DNA of 16,992 nt from Opitutales bacterium (GTDB lineage Bacteria > Verrucomicrobiota > Verrucomicrobiia > Opitutales > UBA953), in contig JBBAUX010000008.1 in the NCBI GenBank assembly GCA_040398005.1, forward strand, positions 2,063-19,054. Direction: 5' to 3'. Position numbers and translations under genes: made by a program. This document shows positions 14,772-16,992 of the stretch, piece after piece. Under the pieces are notes generated by a model, which was not told where the DNA came from, did not search any database, and saw only the letters and a list, made by a program, of their open reading frames with translations. Every line of letters starts with the position of its first letter. The stretch's first letter is position 1.

Positions 14772-15542
14772 TCACGCGAGGCCGCGTTTGGTAGCTTGAG
14801 CGAAGGCGATGAACTTTTCTGTAATTCGATTTTTCTTTTCAACCTGAGCTTTTTCAATCGCCTGTGAGGTATTTAATCCGTCGCGGTAAAAGAGTTTAAA
14901 TAGGTTTTTTGCTGAGGCGACTTCTTCGGGAGAAAATCCAGCACGAGTGATTCCGACGACGTTGACCATTTTAGTTTCGGCGGGATTACCATCGGCGATC
15001 ATGTAAGGAGCAACGTCTTGGACGCATTTAGAACAAGCAGCAATCATCGCGTAGTCACCGATATTACAGAATTGGTGGATGCCTGCATTCCAAGCGATGT
15101 TGACGTGGTCACCGACGTGGACGTGTCCGGCGACGGCCGAGTGACTGGAGATGACGACGTTGTTGCCGATAACGCAATCGTGTGCGATGTGCGAGTAGGC
15201 GAGGAGAACGTTGTTATCGCCGAGGATGGTCCATTCGCCATCTTGGGTGCCCGAGTGAACGCTGACATATTCTCTGAAAATATTTTTTGATCCCACTTTG
15301 AGGCCGGTTTTACCGGGTCGACCTTTGAGATCTTGAGTGCGACCACCAATGAGAGCGTAGGGAAACACTTCGCAGTCGGGTCCCAGTTGAGTGAAACCTT
15401 CGACCGTAGCGTGGTGATGAATCGTGCAACCCTCGGCTAGGGTCACATCAGCACCAATGAATGCGTAGGCACCAATCGTTACATTGTGGCCGATTTTAGA
15501 GCCTGATTCGACGATTGCCGTAGGGTGAATCGAAGAAGCCAT
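14772..15542 (-). CDS. lpxA: Acyl-ACP--UDP-N-acetylglucosamine O-acyltransferase
   Basis: IHPTAIV hexapeptide repeats, QDLK, IFREYVSVH, HIAHDC, AGHV, HQF and DVAPY; directly downstream of fabZ. Confidence 0.95.
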   Translation of the reverse strand: MASSIHPTAIVESGSKIGHNVTIGAYAFIGADVTLAEGCTIHHHATVEGFTQLGPDCEVFPYALIGGRTQDLKGRPGKTGLKVGSKNIFREYVSVHSGTQDGEWTILGDNNVLLAYSHIAHDCVIGNNVVISSHSAVAGHVHVGDHVNIAWNAGIHQFCNIGDYAMIAACSKCVQDVAPYMIADGNPAETKMVNVVGITRAGFSPEEVASAKNLFKLFYRDGLNTSQAIEKAQVEKKNRITEKFIAFAQATKRGLA

Positions 15543-15547
15543 TGTGA

Positions 15548-16888
15548 TTACGATTGATTAACGGAGTCTGCGATGGAGAAAAGTAAATCAGCGGACGAAA
15601 CGGTTTCGCCATTCACGAGGCATTCGCATTCAGCGGCGGCGATACGACCGCGAATCTTGGTGAGCTTGGCGCGGATTTCTAAAGTGTCGCCCGGGGTGAC
15701 GGCTTTGCGGAATTTAACATTATCCGCGCTCATGAAGAAAACCACTTTGGGTGCTTCGTCGATCGCGGCACGGCCGAGCATAATCAAACCGGCGGCTTGA
15801 GCCATCGCTTCGATTTGGAGAACGCCGGGCATGACCGGTTGGCCAGGAAAGTGTCCTTGGAAGTAAGGTTCGTTGATGGTGACATTCTTAATCGCGACGA
15901 GTGAGTCGTCGGTGCGTTCGATGACGCGATCGACCATCACAAAAGGATAGCGATGAGGAAGGGCGTTAAGGATTTGGCGGATGTCGAGTGCAGTGCCGCT
16001 GGGCGCGGTAGGTGCTTCGACTTTTTTAGAAGACGCGGTAGATTTTTTCTTCTCTTTAGATTCTTGCCACTGTTTGCGGACGGCGGCGGCGAGGCGGGAG
16101 TTGAGGGCGTGGCCTGGGCGGACGGCGATGATGTGGGCTTTGAGGCGGATGCCGGAGAGGACGATGTCGCCAATGATATCGAGGATTTTGTGGCGGACTA
16201 ATTCATCTTTAAAACGCAGGGGTTCTTTGCTGACGACCTTATCGCCTTTTAAAATAATCGCAGAGTCGAGTGAGCCACCTTGGATAAGACCTTTTTTAAG
16301 AAGCTCTTCGATGTCTTCATAGATTGTAAAAGTACGTGCGGGAGCGATTTGTGCTTCGTAAGTTTCTGGATCGATATCGATGGTTAAGTGTTGAGTATGA
16401 ATTCCACGATCATCGGCGGAAGTGCAGGTGATGCGAAGTCCATCGAAAGGAAGAGCGATGATGGAGCGGCTCCCTTCGTTGATGGTGATTGGTTGAGTGA
16501 GGGTGAAAACTTCGCGATCTTCGTTTTGTTCAACGATGCCGGCTTGGTGGATGAGCGTCGTGAAGGGGCGAGCGGAGCCGTCGACGATGGGTGGCTCAGA
16601 GGCGTCGATTTCTACGATAGCGTTATCGATGGCCATACCGCTGAGGGCGGAGAGGACGTGTTCGATGGTGTGGAGTTTGACGGTGTCGGATGTGACGGTT
16701 GTTTTACGTTCCAACTCCGTGACCATTTCGGAGACGGGGCGAATTTCGGGTTTGCCGATGATGTCGGTGCGGCGGAAAACGAGACCCGTGTTGGGGGCGC
16801 CTGGCTTGATCGTGAGGGTAACCTCTTGGCCGGTGTGAAGGGCTTTGCCTTTGACGGAGGCCTCTTTGCCGATGGTTCGCTGTTTCAT
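15548..16888 (-). CDS. lpxC-fabZ: Bifunctional LpxC deacetylase / FabZ 3-hydroxyacyl-ACP dehydratase
   Basis: LpxC part: [40 protein letters not shown]. FabZ part: [38 protein letters not shown]. Confidence 0.95.
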   Translation of the reverse strand: MKQRTIGKEASVKGKALHTGQEVTLTIKPGAPNTGLVFRRTDIIGKPEIRPVSEMVTELERKTTVTSDTVKLHTIEHVLSALSGMAIDNAIVEIDASEPPIVDGSARPFTTLIHQAGIVEQNEDREVFTLTQPITINEGSRSIIALPFDGLRITCTSADDRGIHTQHLTIDIDPETYEAQIAPARTFTIYEDIEELLKKGLIQGGSLDSAIILKGDKVVSKEPLRFKDELVRHKILDIIGDIVLSGIRLKAHIIAVRPGHALNSRLAAAVRKQWQESKEKKKSTASSKKVEAPTAPSGTALDIRQILNALPHRYPFVMVDRVIERTDDSLVAIKNVTINEPYFQGHFPGQPVMPGVLQIEAMAQAAGLIMLGRAAIDEAPKVVFFMSADNVKFRKAVTPGDTLEIRAKLTKIRGRIAAAECECLVNGETVSSADLLFSIADSVNQS

Positions 16889-16937
16889 ACCTATATTCAG
16901 TTATTCACAGGCGTTATACTCTGTAAAGCAAAGTTAA

Positions 16938-16974
16938 GGGGACAAGTGGGCATGTTGGCACGGGGACATGGGGA
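16938..16974 (+). repeat. Octamer array
   Basis: GGGGACAA GTGGGCAT GTTGGCAC GGGGACAT GGGGA. Confidence 0.88.
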
Positions 16975-16992
16975 AAATGCATATAATCGAGG

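Noticed and set aside
15018..16838. Antisense and alternate-frame ORFs over lpxA and lpxC-fabZ, and similar ones in fic, the ALDH and the crt genes
   Set aside because: They are shadow ORFs of conserved genes with no recognisable motifs.
15548..16888. LpxC-FabZ fusion as a novelty
   Set aside because: This bifunctional architecture is already known in Bacteroidota, Chlorobiota and Verrucomicrobiota.
1191..16974. CRISPR array interpretation of the repeats
   Set aside because: There is no constant 23-47 nt repeat with uniform unique spacers, the units are tandem 8-mers, and no cas genes are present.

Overview
Bacterial chromosomal window. The fused lpxC-fabZ, a Cys-type sulfatase, a polysaccharide beta-helix enzyme and weak Shine-Dalgarno usage suggest Verrucomicrobiota, though this is inference. 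In order it holds: a Fic adenylyltransferase, a secreted 22-aa Thr-rich repeat protein, a yefM-yoeB toxin-antitoxin pair, a divergent aldehyde dehydrogenase, a complete proteorhodopsin-crtE-crtI-crtB-crtY-blh photosystem, a small basic protein, a pectate-lyase-like protein, a sulfatase, lpxA and lpxC-fabZ. The most unusual signal is non-coding. Nearly every gap between transcription units carries a composite repeat with up to three parts: a 17-nt hairpin whose stem sequence co-varies, tandem degenerate octamers (GKKGRCAH), and often a GTAG-type REP. Every octamer array is G-rich on the + strand whatever the orientation of the neighbouring genes. The repeats also contribute codons to three genes (fic, the beta-helix enzyme and the sulfatase signal peptide). 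No transposase or integrase is visible in the window.
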